64,000 bases of DNA from Longimicrobiales bacterium (GCA_965226375.1 CBDDCX010000008.1:2080001-2144000); one strand, 5' to 3'; counted from the first letter of the stretch, positions 30,498-40,988 are shown. Numbers and translations: made by a program. The notes: generated by a model from the letters alone, not told the origin.

Positions 30498-31577
30498 ATG
30501 AGATATTCGCGCGTGATCATCGAGCGCTTTGGATACGAGTTGGCGCCTTGTGTCGTAACCTCGGACGAGCTCGAACAGCGTCTATCCTCGGTCTACGAGA
30601 AACTGCACATCCAGCCGGGGCAACTGCAGCTCATGACTGGAATTCAGGAACGTAGGTACTGGGACCCGGGATACACGGTAACCCAAGGAGCCACCGCGGC
30701 TGCCCTGAAGGCGCTCCACAATTCTCCCGTCCCCGCGAACGCCCTCGACATGCTCATCTACGCTGGAGTGTGCCGCGAGCACTTCGAGCCTGCAACGGCT
30801 TGCCACGTAGGCGCCGGGCTGCAGGCGGCCGGCCACACCATTCGACCCTCTGCGCACGTCTACGACGTGAGCAACGCGTGCCTCGGCGTGCTGAATGGGA
30901 TTCTCGATGTCGCCAACCGTATCGAGCTCGGTCAGATCCGCGCCGGCATGGTGGTGAGCTGCGAGACGGCCCGGGACATCGTCGATACGACCATCGCCCG
31001 CCTGAACGGCAATCCAGACATGGAAGAGTTCAAGACAGCGATCGCCACGCTCACGGGGGGGTCGGCCGCAGTGGCGGTGATCCTCAGCGACGGCTCCTTC
31101 GGCGAATCGGACCGCCGGCGCCTGCGAGGCGCCGTGGTCGAGACTGCTCCCGAACATCACATGCTGTGCCGCTGGGGCGTAGAGGCCCACCCGGCGGGAC
31201 AGGCGATGGGTGCGGAGGCCAGCTTGCGAGAGTTCGCGAGCACCGATGCAACCGCCGTTCTCGAGCATGGGGTCGCCTTGGGCGCTCGAACCTGGGACGC
31301 CTTCCTGGCGGAGATGGAGTGGCCGGTCGAACAAATCGATCGCACCGTGTGCCATCAAGTGGGATCGGCCCATCGCGATACCATGCTTCGCACGATGGGC
31401 CTGTCTTCCGAGCACGACTTCGTGACCTACGAGTATCTGGGCAATACCGGGACGGCGGCGCTCCCCGTGGCCGCGGCACTGGCCCAGGAACGGGGCTTCA
31501 TCGAGCCCGGACACAAGGTCGGCCTTCTCGGCATCGGCAGTGGCCTGAACTGCATGATGTTGGGAGTGGATTGGTGA
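30498..31577 (+). CDS. oleA: OleA thiolase/FabH-like head-to-head condensing enzyme
   Basis: EPATA, DVSNACLG, HQVG, GNTG, LLGIGSGLN. Confidence 0.92.
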   Translation: MRYSRVIIERFGYELAPCVVTSDELEQRLSSVYEKLHIQPGQLQLMTGIQERRYWDPGYTVTQGATAAALKALHNSPVPANALDMLIYAGVCREHFEPATACHVGAGLQAAGHTIRPSAHVYDVSNACLGVLNGILDVANRIELGQIRAGMVVSCETARDIVDTTIARLNGNPDMEEFKTAIATLTGGSAAVAVILSDGSFGESDRRRLRGAVVETAPEHHMLCRWGVEAHPAGQAMGAEASLREFASTDATAVLEHGVALGARTWDAFLAEMEWPVEQIDRTVCHQVGSAHRDTMLRTMGLSSEHDFVTYEYLGNTGTAALPVAAALAQERGFIEPGHKVGLLGIGSGLNCMMLGVDW

Positions 31578-32461
31578 GTACACTCTATCCATTCACACCG
31601 CACTACCACGACTCCGCCGGACACCGGCTCCACTACGTGGACGAAGGCTCGGGCGAAGCCGTGCTCATGATTCACGGTAACCCGAGTTGGTCTTTTTTCT
31701 ACAGGGATCTCATCCAGGCGCTGAGTGGGGACCACCGCACGGTCGCGCCCGATCACATCGGGTGTGGCCGTTCCGACAAGCCCGATGACAGGGGGTACGA
31801 CTACACGCTGGACTCACGGGTTGCGGACCTGAACTCGCTGGTAGAGAAACTGGACCTGCGGGAGATCACTCTGGTCGTACACGACTGGGGCGGAATGATC
31901 GGCCTGGCCTGGGCCGTTCAGAACGTCGATCGCCTCTCACGTCTGGTCGTCATGAACACGGCGGCCTTTCCATTGCCGGACCGCAACCGCATCCCCGCTT
32001 CCCTCAGGTTGGCACGAACCCCGGGCCTCGGAGCCCTCTTGGTGCGAGGTGCCAATGCCTTCGCTCGGGGAGCGGTCCGTACCTGCGTGACACGCGCACC
32101 CATGTCGAAGGATGTAGCAGCCGGCTATCTGGAACCCTACGACTCCTGGGCCCACCGTATCGCGGTCCATCGCTTCGTGCAGGACATCCCGCTCCAGAAA
32201 GGCGACCGCGCCTGGGCAACGGTGCGCGACACCGCGGATTCGCTTCATCGACTGACCGACCTACCGATGCTCCTTTGCTGGGGCATGAGGGACTTCGTGT
32301 TCGACGAAGAGTTCCTGGACGAGTGGACCGCTCGTTTCCCGGCGGCTGAAGTCCACCGCTTCCCTGACTGTGGACACTACGTTCTCGAGGACGCCTCGCG
32401 GGAGATCGTACCCCTGGTGCGGGGTTTTATCGAGGCGCATCCGCTCCACTCCCCGGTATGA
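31574..32461 (+). CDS. oleB: OleB alpha/beta hydrolase (beta-lactone decarboxylase)
   Basis: LYPF, HGNPSW, PDHIGCGRSDKP, HDWGG, GHYVLED; GTGA overlap with oleA. Confidence 0.9.
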   Translation: MSTLYPFTPHYHDSAGHRLHYVDEGSGEAVLMIHGNPSWSFFYRDLIQALSGDHRTVAPDHIGCGRSDKPDDRGYDYTLDSRVADLNSLVEKLDLREITLVVHDWGGMIGLAWAVQNVDRLSRLVVMNTAAFPLPDRNRIPASLRLARTPGLGALLVRGANAFARGAVRTCVTRAPMSKDVAAGYLEPYDSWAHRIAVHRFVQDIPLQKGDRAWATVRDTADSLHRLTDLPMLLCWGMRDFVFDEEFLDEWTARFPAAEVHRFPDCGHYVLEDASREIVPLVRGFIEAHPLHSPV

Positions 32462-34143
32462 CCGACGAGGCTCCCCCCTCGCCGGCTCCTGCCGCCGGAC
32501 ACGTGAACGTCGGAGCATACCTCCCGGAAATGGCGCTTACGCAGCCCGACGCGCTGGCCGTCGCGGTGGCCGCGGGCAGGAATCCGGATGGTACGGGACG
32601 TTACGCCGAGCTGACGGCAGCCGAGCTCAATCGGCGCTCCGATCGCATCGCCCACGCCCTGGTGGACATCGGCATCGGCGAAGGAGTTCGCACGGTACTC
32701 ATGGTCAAGCCCAGTCTCGAGTTCTTCGCCCTCACCTTCGCCATGCTAAAGATCGGGGCCATTCCCGTCATGGTCGATCCGGGGATGGGCACCAAGAACC
32801 TGGGACGATGCCTCGCGGACGCGGAGCCAGAGGCCTTCATCGGTATCCCGAAGGCTCACGCCGCGCGCGTGGTGCTCGGCTGGGCCAAACGGACGCTCAA
32901 GATCAAAGTCACGGTAGGTCGCCGCCTATTCTGGGGCGGACACTCCCTTGCAGCCCTGGAGGCCCAAGCGCCGGCGCACTCTTTTCCGACCCTGGATCCC
33001 GATCCGGAACAGACCGCAGCGATTCTATTCACCAGCGGAAGCACAGGGGTTCCCAAAGGCGTAGTGACACCCTTCCGGGTGTTCTCCGCCCAGGTCGACG
33101 CACTTCGCGACGTGTACGGAATCGAGCCCGGCGAGCGCGATCTCGCGACCTTGCCACTCTTCGCCCTCTTCGGCCCCGCGCTGGGAATGGCCTCCGTGGT
33201 ACCCGACATGGACGCCAGCCGACCGGGAGCGTCAGACCCGGCGCTACTCTTCCAGGCGTTCCGTGACTTCGAGTGCACCAACCTCTTCGCCTCGCCGGCG
33301 CTCATCGACAAGCTGGGTTCGTACTGTGACGATCAGGGTCTCGAGCTGACCTCTCTGCGCCGTGCGATCTCTGCGGGCGCCCCGGCGTCGAATCCAGCCT
33401 TGGAAACGTTCCAACGGTGCCTTCCGGAAGGCGCCGAGGTTCTCACGTCGTACGGAGCCACGGAGTCGTTGCCTGTATCGTACCTCGGGAGCCAGACCAT
33501 CCTCCGAGAGACTCGGCACCTCACGGACCGGGGTGCGGGCGTCTGCGTCGGCATGCCGGTGCCCGGCATCGAGGTGCGGATCCTGCCCATCCACGAGGAA
33601 CCCATCGAGCGCTGGTCGAACGACCTCGTTCTTCCCACCGGCGAGATCGGTGAGATCGCCGTACGTGGCCCCGTGGTGACGCCGTCGTACTTCAACCAGC
33701 CTGAGGCCACCAGACTCGCGAAGATCACTTCGCCCGACGGAGGCGTGTGGCACCGAATGGGTGACGTGGGCTACTTCGACGGCAGTGGCCGCCTGTGGAT
33801 GTGCGGCCGAAAGGGCCATCGGGTGGAGACGGTCAACGGCACCCTCTTCACCATCCCGTGTGAGGCTGTCTTCAACGTCCATCCTTCGGTGCGCCGGAGC
33901 GCACTGGTGGGTGTGCCACAGGAAGGCGCCACTGCGCCCGTCCTATGTGTGGAGAGAGAGCCCGCCACAGCCCACGACCAAGATCTCCTCACCGAGGAAC
34001 TCCTCGCCATCGCTCAGCAACATGAGCACACCCGCCAGATCGAACTCGTGCTCTTCCACGCTTCCTTCCCGATGGACGTGCGCCACAACGCGAAGATTTT
34101 CCGGGAGAAACTGGCGGAGTGGGCCAAGGAGAAGCTGGCGTGA
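32458..34143 (+). CDS. oleC: OleC AMP-forming beta-lactone synthetase
   Basis: FTSGSTGVPKG, YGATE, WHRMGDVG, DVRHNAKIFRE; ATGA overlap. Confidence 0.9.
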   Translation: MTDEAPPSPAPAAGHVNVGAYLPEMALTQPDALAVAVAAGRNPDGTGRYAELTAAELNRRSDRIAHALVDIGIGEGVRTVLMVKPSLEFFALTFAMLKIGAIPVMVDPGMGTKNLGRCLADAEPEAFIGIPKAHAARVVLGWAKRTLKIKVTVGRRLFWGGHSLAALEAQAPAHSFPTLDPDPEQTAAILFTSGSTGVPKGVVTPFRVFSAQVDALRDVYGIEPGERDLATLPLFALFGPALGMASVVPDMDASRPGASDPALLFQAFRDFECTNLFASPALIDKLGSYCDDQGLELTSLRRAISAGAPASNPALETFQRCLPEGAEVLTSYGATESLPVSYLGSQTILRETRHLTDRGAGVCVGMPVPGIEVRILPIHEEPIERWSNDLVLPTGEIGEIAVRGPVVTPSYFNQPEATRLAKITSPDGGVWHRMGDVGYFDGSGRLWMCGRKGHRVETVNGTLFTIPCEAVFNVHPSVRRSALVGVPQEGATAPVLCVEREPATAHDQDLLTEELLAIAQQHEHTRQIELVLFHASFPMDVRHNAKIFREKLAEWAKEKLA

Positions 34144-34210
34144 CGTCACAAAGATGCTCGTGCACGACCCGTCGAGATGCTCCGCCGACAGGACGCGCGG
34201 GGGTGCTGAA

Positions 34211-35230
34211 GTGAGGGCGTTGGTCACCGGTGCGGGCGGCTTCCTCGGGGGCGCGATCGCACGGACGTTGAGGGAGCGGGGTGACCATGTCCGCGGCTTC
34301 TCGCGGGGTATTCATCCCGAGCTGGCGGCGCACGGCGTCGAGCAGCTGAGAGGCAACGTGGCCGATCCGGACGCCGTGATCGAGGCCACTCGGGGTGTGG
34401 ATATCGTCTTCCACGTCGCCGCAAAGGTGGCTGCGGGTGGGGCTCGCAAAGACTTCTACGACACCAACGTGACGGGGACGGAGAACGCCATCGCCGCCTG
34501 CCGGGAATGCGGGGTGGGCGCCCTGGTCTACACGTCGACCCCGAGTGTCACGTTCGGGAAGACGGACCTCGAAGGAGTGGACGAATCGATCGGATACGCC
34601 AACCACTTCGAGGCCTTGTACGGTGAGACCAAAGCGGAAGCAGAGCGTCGTGTCCTCGCCGCCGCCTCGGTCAGCTTCCGAACCATCGCTCTGAGACCTC
34701 ATCTGATCTGGGGCCCAGGTGATACGTCCGTCCTACCTCGCATCGTGGAGCGGGCACTCAAGGGTCAACTCCGCCGCATCGACGGCCCGCCCAAGCGCTC
34801 GGACCATGTATACGTCGACGACGCGGTCCGGGCGCATTTGCTCGCCGCCGACCGGCTCCTCGCCGGCGGGGCGGCGGCCTCACGGATCAGTGGGCAGCCC
34901 TACTTCATCACCGCGGGCGAGCCAGTCGAGATCTGGACCTTCTTGAACGGCCTCCTTCACGCCGCGGGTGTGCCTCCTGTAGAGAAGCGCGTTTCGTATC
35001 GGGCCGCCATGGCCGCAGGATGGGTGTTCGAGAAGCTGCACGCTCTGTCCGGGAGCAAGGGCGACCCGCGCATGAGTCGGTGGATCGTCAGGGAACTCAC
35101 CACATCGCACTGGTTCGATATCAGCGCGGCCCGCCGAGACCTCGGCTACGAGCCGCAGGTGCTCATGGAGGAGGGGATGAGGCACCTCGCGGCCTGGGTG
35201 GAAGATCATGGCGGAGTGCCGGGTGTCTGA
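34211..35230 (+). CDS. oleD: OleD 3-beta-HSD-like NAD(P)H-dependent reductase
   Basis: VTGAGGFLG, HVAAK, TSTPSV, YGETK, LRPHLIWGPGD; start may be 34154. Confidence 0.9.
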   Translation: MRALVTGAGGFLGGAIARTLRERGDHVRGFSRGIHPELAAHGVEQLRGNVADPDAVIEATRGVDIVFHVAAKVAAGGARKDFYDTNVTGTENAIAACRECGVGALVYTSTPSVTFGKTDLEGVDESIGYANHFEALYGETKAEAERRVLAAASVSFRTIALRPHLIWGPGDTSVLPRIVERALKGQLRRIDGPPKRSDHVYVDDAVRAHLLAADRLLAGGAAASRISGQPYFITAGEPVEIWTFLNGLLHAAGVPPVEKRVSYRAAMAAGWVFEKLHALSGSKGDPRMSRWIVRELTTSHWFDISAARRDLGYEPQVLMEEGMRHLAAWVEDHGGVPGV

Positions 35231-35954
35231 GGAGGGAGCGCGGGCCCAAGATTGGAGACCCGCTTCGGAATGGACACCACCCGTCGGAGACGTCATCGAC
35301 GTGTGGCGTTTGGATCTGAGCGTTACGGACGAGGACTGGGCCCTTCTGAGCCCGGACGAGTCGGAGCGCGCCAACCGCATCGTCGTGGAGGTCAAGCGGG
35401 ATCAGAAGGCATCCGGTAGAGCGCACTTGAGGCGCATCCTGTCGCTCTACGTCGATATCGGTGCTAGCGACCTGCGCTTCGAGTACGGCGAACACGGTAA
35501 ACCCGGCCTACCCGAGCACACCGATCTGAGCTTCAACCTCTCCCACTCGGAGAAGGTCGGCCTGGTCGCAGTGACCTATGGAACGCGCATCGGGGTCGAC
35601 GTCGAGCATGCGCGTGAAGGACGGGACTTCGTGGGCCTGGCACGCCGCTTCTTCTCCACGGTGGAGAGCGACGCCTTGATGGAGCTTACCGAACCGGAGC
35701 GGCTGGCAGCTTTCTACCGCGCGTGGACCCACAAGGAAGCCTACCTCAAGGCACTGGGGACGGGTCTGAGCTTCCCGTCGAACGGCTTCACCATCGACCA
35801 TACCGCTAAGGGTGGAGGACGCGTGGTGAGCACCGACATGCCCGGGGACGACCCCGGGGCCTGGCGCTTCACCCACGTTGAGCTCAGCTCCGCTTTCGCG
35901 GGGGCAGTCTGCTTCGACGGACGAAATCGACTCATTCGGTGGTGGGGGGGCTGA
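35208..35954 (+). CDS. Sfp-type 4'-phosphopantetheinyl transferase (PfaE-like)
   Basis: GKP, FNLSHS, IGVDVE, WTHKEAYLKA. Confidence 0.92.
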   Translation: MAECRVSEEGARAQDWRPASEWTPPVGDVIDVWRLDLSVTDEDWALLSPDESERANRIVVEVKRDQKASGRAHLRRILSLYVDIGASDLRFEYGEHGKPGLPEHTDLSFNLSHSEKVGLVAVTYGTRIGVDVEHAREGRDFVGLARRFFSTVESDALMELTEPERLAAFYRAWTHKEAYLKALGTGLSFPSNGFTIDHTAKGGGRVVSTDMPGDDPGAWRFTHVELSSAFAGAVCFDGRNRLIRWWGG

Positions 35955-35967
35955 GCGGCACCGGCCC

Positions 35968-36600
35968 TTAGTCCCCCTTCAACGCCACCATCGGATCCAC
36001 GCGGCTCGCCCTGAGCGCCGGCACCACCGCAGCCAAGAGTGCGGTCGCCCCGATAACGCCGCCCACCGCAATAAGAGTGAGCGGGTCCGACCCGTTCACT
36101 CCGAACAGCAGGCCCCCCATGGCACGGGTGGTCAGCACGCCCAGTCCGATTCCCACTCCCCCGCCCACGAGCGCCAAGACGGCGCTCTCGCTCACGACGC
36201 CCCGCAGAACCTCCTCGGAGCTCGCGCCCAGCGCTTTGCGCAGACCGATCTCCGGCACGCGCTGACTCACCGAAATGGAGAGCACGCCGTATACGCCCAC
36301 GCACGCCAGACAAATCGCGATGATCCCGAAGATCTGGAGCAACGCCCGTGCGAAGCGCTCGGTAGCGAGGGACGTCGCCACGATCGATTCCATGGTCTTC
36401 ACCCGTGACATCGGCACCGTCGGATCCATCTCACTCAGGACTCGGCGGGCTACGGGCATGGCGTCGAGCGGATCTCCCCCCTCGGTGAGCATCGCGATAT
36501 ACATCCCCCCCGGAGTCGAGTAGGCAGACGTCAGCGACTGCTTGTACGGCATGTACATCCGGGGCACAGGCTCAGCCGCGATCCGCTGTTCCTTCACGTC
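35968..36600 (-). pseudogene. C-terminal fragment of an ADOP/MacB-FtsX ABC permease
   Basis: DVKEQRI..MYMP..SQRVPEIGLRKALGA..PALRASRVDPMVALKGD; sequence upstream of ~36600 is not permease-like. Confidence 0.8.
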
Positions 36601-36720
36601 GGGGATAGGTAAGTTGCACAAGGTTGGAAGGATGTGTTTGCGTGCACCGGCGCGGCACAGACCGACCCTGTGGAGGTGTTCCGGACGAACTAGCCGCAAG
36701 GAAGCCGCCACGAGTTACAG

Positions 36721-36757
36721 GCAAAGAAGAAGCCCCCGGGCGTGACAGCCGGGGGCT
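36721..36757 (-). terminator. Intrinsic terminator of the minus-strand lipoprotein gene
   Basis: AGCCCCCGG/CCGGGGGCT stem followed on the minus strand by TCTTCTTTG. Confidence 0.75.
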
Positions 36758-36807
36758 CTCCTAAGCCTGCCGGTGCGATCGGCGCCGGCCTGATCTCCGG
36801 GGAGGGC

Positions 36808-37707
36808 CTAGTCGGCCAGCGGCTGCATGTTCCCGACCTCCCAATGGATCTGCCAGCTTCCGTCTTCGGCCTGTTTGCAGAGAAGCAGGAACGACCCGAC
36901 CGCGAGCGGATCACCGCCCTCGGACGCGTCCACCTGGAACCACCCTCCATCCAGGGCCCACCCCTCTGCGAGGGGAATCGTAGCGACGTCATGGATCGTG
37001 AGGTGAGCGCCGGGGCTCTCGGCCAGGAACTCCTCCAAATAAGCGGTAACCGCCTCGCGGCCTACCGTGATCGGACTGTCACCGCTGGACGTGATGGCGT
37101 CGTCGGTATAGTAGCCCGCCGCCACTGAGGCGTGGCCCATGTTGAAGTGAGTTGCCAACCCACCCAACATGTCCGTCATCGTGCCCTCGTCTTCAGGGGC
37201 ATCCTCTCCGTCCCCCACCACATAGGCCCAGCCCTCGGGGCGAGGAGAGTCATAGTTGGTAACCACCAGGTTGATCTTCCAATCACCCGACTCCTTGGTG
37301 AACGAGGTCAGATACGCGCCCGTGATGGTCATGGGATCCGCACCCTCGGGGGTGGTCTCGACCGAGTAGGAACCCAGGGCGACCGCCAGGCCGTCGAAGA
37401 CCATCATCTCCTCCCCGGTGAGCGATATGTTCGGGGACCCGGCCATCTGAGTCTCGAGAGAGGCCGTGTTGTCCTCCCGCCCCATGACGACTGCGCCGTC
37501 GGCATTTAGCGTGACAACCTCGTCCGTGTAGTAACCGGCCACTACCGACGCATGATGCATGTTGTAGTGTTGCGCCCAGCCCTCGCGAAGCTCGACGAGC
37601 TGTTCCTCGTCCGTCATTTCGGCTGCGGCAGGCGCCTCTTCAGCGTCGCCACCACACGAGATGAAGAGCATGGCCGTGAGCGCGGTCATGAGAGTGCGGG
37701 TCTTCAT
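36808..37707 (-). CDS. Lipoprotein with two tandem NTF2-like (DUF4440/SnoaL) domains
   Basis: GGAGG RBS, FISC lipobox; internal repeat HYNMHHASVVAGYYTDE / HFNMGHASVAAGYYTDD; GDWKI / GSWQI. Confidence 0.85.
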   Translation of the reverse strand: MKTRTLMTALTAMLFISCGGDAEEAPAAAEMTDEEQLVELREGWAQHYNMHHASVVAGYYTDEVVTLNADGAVVMGREDNTASLETQMAGSPNISLTGEEMMVFDGLAVALGSYSVETTPEGADPMTITGAYLTSFTKESGDWKINLVVTNYDSPRPEGWAYVVGDGEDAPEDEGTMTDMLGGLATHFNMGHASVAAGYYTDDAITSSGDSPITVGREAVTAYLEEFLAESPGAHLTIHDVATIPLAEGWALDGGWFQVDASEGGDPLAVGSFLLLCKQAEDGSWQIHWEVGNMQPLAD

Positions 37708-37885
37708 GGTGTACCTCCGACGGATGGTGCGGGATGCAGGTATGCCGCGGGCACGTAGAGTGGGGGCTTTACAAGGGTCCGTCAAATGCCGAGTGACGCT
37801 ATCACCACCGGCTTTCGACCGCGCGGAGTCCCCGACTCACACGGAGCCACCCCACCGGGTCAAAGCCACCTGCCGAAACACCGCT

Positions 37886-40615
37886 CTACTCCTGCTTGAG
37901 CGCCCGGATCGGGTCCACCGAAGCGGCACGCCGTCCGGGCACGAGGGCGGCCAATATCGTGCTGGTCAATACCACCACCGCCACCGTGCCGAAGGTCACC
38001 GGATCGGTGCGGGATACTCCGAACAGAAGGCTCTCGAGGACCCGTGAGGATCCAGCGGCCACCCCCAGTCCGATGCCCACGCCGATGACGCCCAGAACGA
38101 CCGCCTGCAGCACCGTCTTCCGGAGCACCTCACCCGGCCTCGCCCCGAGGGCGATGCGCAGACCGATCTCCCGTGTCCGCCGTGAGACCATATACGACGT
38201 CGATCCGTATACGCCGATCGCACCTAGCAGCAGGGCCGGGAGCGCGAACGTCATGAGAAGTGACGAGAGAAAACGCTCGCCCGCCATGGATGCGTCGACC
38301 TGGTCCGTCATCGAGCGCACCGAGCCCACGGGGATCTCGGGATCCAGACCGGCGAGAGCCCCCTGCACCGCCGCACGTATCTCCTCGGCGGGGATAGAGG
38401 TTCGTATGGTCATCGCCATGGACGGCACGGGGCCAAACGGCACGTCGACCATGGGGAAATAGGACTGAGCGCGGGGTGGTGAGCCCAGACCCCTGGCCTT
38501 CACGTCCCGGACCACTCCCACGACCTCCCGCCACACGGGCTCCGAGAAGTCGATGTTGACACGCTGACCGATCGCCTCCTCGCCGGGCCAGAGCCTCTCT
38601 GCCGCCGTCTCGCTGAGGATCACTACTCCCTCTGGTCGTTCGAGGTCGGATGGCTCGAACAGGCGTCCCGCCACCAGCTCCATATCCAGCGTTTCGATGT
38701 ATCCGGCGCTCACCCAGTTGGGGTCGGCGGCGTGCCAATCGGCATCCTCTACGTTGTCGGGGAGCAAAGGCCAATCGCTCATCCCGCTCTGCATCGGTGT
38801 CTGCCACGACACGCCTGCCGAGATCACTCCGGGCACGGCCTCAATCTCCGACAGCAGGGCCCGATACAGGCGGCGCACCGATTCCAGATCCGGGTACGCG
38901 GCCCTGCTGCCATTGATCTGCACCATGAGCAGATCCGACGAGTCGAACCCCGGATCCACCGCTCGGAGATTGGCGATGCTGCGAACTAGGAGCAGGGCGC
39001 CCGAGATCAATACGACGGCCGCCGAAATCTGCCCTACCACCAGCGCACGCCTCAGTGTGTGGCGAGTGGGTATGGCCCCCGTACGAGACTCGCCCTTGAT
39101 CGTGCGCTGGAGGTCACCTAGAGAGGCGTGTAAGCCGGGCACCAGGCCCGCGAGCAGTCCAGCTAGAATGGTCACGCCGGCACTGAAGAGCAGGACGGTT
39201 CCGTCGAGCCCGACCTCGAAAGGCATGAGGCCGGCCGGAGCCAGCGAGACGAGCATCCCCCGGGCCAGGAAGGCGAGGAGTAGCCCTACGAGACCGCCAC
39301 CGAGGCTCAGAACGACACCCTCCACAATGACGTGGAGGAGCACCCGCCGCTGGCTCGCACCCAATGCGGCACGGACCGCGATCTCGGATGCACGCTCCTC
39401 GCTTCGGGCCAAGAGCAGATTCGTCACGTTGGCGCACGCCACGAGGAGCACGAGCCCCACCGTCGCCAGCAGTATCATGAGTGTGGGACGCGCGTCGCCC
39501 GCGATGTGCTCCCGAAGGGGTACCACCTGCACGTCGCGAGAACCGGCGTTGCCGATCTCGGGGTATAGACTCTCCAGTCTATGCACCGCCCGGACGAACG
39601 CTCGCTCTGCTACCAGCTCGTCCCTCCCAGCCGCCAACCGCCCAACGACGGACAGGTTGTGGAACTCCACCATGCGCGTGTCGAACGCTTGCGGATCGAT
39701 TCGGAGCGGCGTCCAGAAGCTCACAGTCTGACCCGAGGCCACGTATTCACTGAGTGAACGGTGGTCGGGCGGCATGACGCCCACCACCGAGAGACTTTGA
39801 CCGTCCAGCTCCACGGTCCGGTCAAGAATGTTCGGATCCGCTCCGAACGCGGACTGCCAAATACCGTGGCTGAGAACGATCACCGGTGTCGAGCCGGGCT
39901 GTGCCTCTTCAGGGAGAAATCCTCGGCCCATGGACGGACCGACGCCCAGAACCTCGAAGTAGCTCGGCGAGACGCTGAGTCCCCGCAGCCGAAGGGGTGC
40001 ATCGCCACCCGTGAGATTCGCCGCCCGACCCGAGATGGCCGCGATGCTGGCCAGTGCGCCATCCTCCTGGCGAAACTCCCAGAACTCCGGAGCCGACACC
40101 GCACCCGTCTGTCCCGAAGGTAGGTAGCGGTTCTGGACCCAGACCAGCTGCTCACCGGCCGGGTATGGGAACGGTCTCAAGAGCACAGCATTCACCACGC
40201 TGAAGATTGCCGTGTTCGCACCGATTCCCACGGCCAAGGTCAGTACGGCCACCACAGTGAGCGCCGGCTTGCGTCTTAACGAGCGTACGGACTGGCACAC
40301 TTCATTCCATAGGATCTCCATCACGTCCCCCCCTCCCAATCGTTTCAGTTCCCGCGGTCGATCCACTTGCCCTGCCCGCCGTCCCGCCTGCGGCCTCGAC
40401 GTGAGCCATGCTCGGACCGCCGTGCCCAAAAAGTCCCGGAGCAGCCAGACGACGAGTCCCAATTGGGATCCGGGCCCGTTGCTAGGGGTGCGGATCACGT
40501 CCCGGTACGCCTGGATTACGTCGTCCCCTTGCCGCCTCCGGAAGTCGGGCGGATAACACCAGAGGGCCATTCGGAGCAGGCGCTCCAGCCATCCAGGAAG
40601 CGTAGTCCGTGCCAT
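37886..40615 (-). CDS. ADOP-type duplicated ABC permease (MacB/FtsX)
   Basis: LAVGIGANTAIFSVVNAVLLRP, ACANVTNLLLAR, RRTREIGLRIALGA, DPIRALKQE. Confidence 0.92.
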   Translation of the reverse strand: MARTTLPGWLERLLRMALWCYPPDFRRRQGDDVIQAYRDVIRTPSNGPGSQLGLVVWLLRDFLGTAVRAWLTSRPQAGRRAGQVDRPRELKRLGGGDVMEILWNEVCQSVRSLRRKPALTVVAVLTLAVGIGANTAIFSVVNAVLLRPFPYPAGEQLVWVQNRYLPSGQTGAVSAPEFWEFRQEDGALASIAAISGRAANLTGGDAPLRLRGLSVSPSYFEVLGVGPSMGRGFLPEEAQPGSTPVIVLSHGIWQSAFGADPNILDRTVELDGQSLSVVGVMPPDHRSLSEYVASGQTVSFWTPLRIDPQAFDTRMVEFHNLSVVGRLAAGRDELVAERAFVRAVHRLESLYPEIGNAGSRDVQVVPLREHIAGDARPTLMILLATVGLVLLVACANVTNLLLARSEERASEIAVRAALGASQRRVLLHVIVEGVVLSLGGGLVGLLLAFLARGMLVSLAPAGLMPFEVGLDGTVLLFSAGVTILAGLLAGLVPGLHASLGDLQRTIKGESRTGAIPTRHTLRRALVVGQISAAVVLISGALLLVRSIANLRAVDPGFDSSDLLMVQINGSRAAYPDLESVRRLYRALLSEIEAVPGVISAGVSWQTPMQSGMSDWPLLPDNVEDADWHAADPNWVSAGYIETLDMELVAGRLFEPSDLERPEGVVILSETAAERLWPGEEAIGQRVNIDFSEPVWREVVGVVRDVKARGLGSPPRAQSYFPMVDVPFGPVPSMAMTIRTSIPAEEIRAAVQGALAGLDPEIPVGSVRSMTDQVDASMAGERFLSSLLMTFALPALLLGAIGVYGSTSYMVSRRTREIGLRIALGARPGEVLRKTVLQAVVLGVIGVGIGLGVAAGSSRVLESLLFGVSRTDPVTFGTVAVVVLTSTILAALVPGRRAASVDPIRALKQE

Positions 40616-40619
40616 GGGT

Positions 40620-40988
40620 TCAGGCCGACTTCGTGTCGCTGATCAAGTCCTTGGACCGCGCCACGGCCACGATGTCCGCTAACGTCGCGAGCTCCGACGC
40701 AAGCACATCCTTTCCGTATTCCGTGAGCCGGTAGTACTTCCGTCGAGAGTCGTCCAGATCCGGGTCCGGACGCTGATCCGACTCCTCGATCATGCCTGAC
40801 TCCGTGAGGCGATTGATGGTGAAGTAGAGCGATCCGGGTCCCAGTTTCACGCTCCCCCGACTGCGCTCCGCAACCTCCTGCATAATTCGGTAGCCGTGGG
40901 TTTCCCCATCCGCCACCGCCAAGAGCACGTGAAAAACGGCGGGAGTCATCTTGAACGGTGCCTTCACCGGCGCCTCATTGTTACCCAT
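40620..40988 (-). CDS. PadR family regulator
   Basis: HGYRIMQEV..LGPGSLY..RRKYYRLTEYG. Confidence 0.92.
   Translation of the reverse strand: MGNNEAPVKAPFKMTPAVFHVLLAVADGETHGYRIMQEVAERSRGSVKLGPGSLYFTINRLTESGMIEESDQRPDPDLDDSRRKYYRLTEYGKDVLASELATLADIVAVARSKDLISDTKSA

Noticed and set aside
30498..35230. Beta-lactone antibiotic as the end product
   Set aside because: OleB with intact HDWGG nucleophile and catalytic His is present, which favours decarboxylation to an olefin
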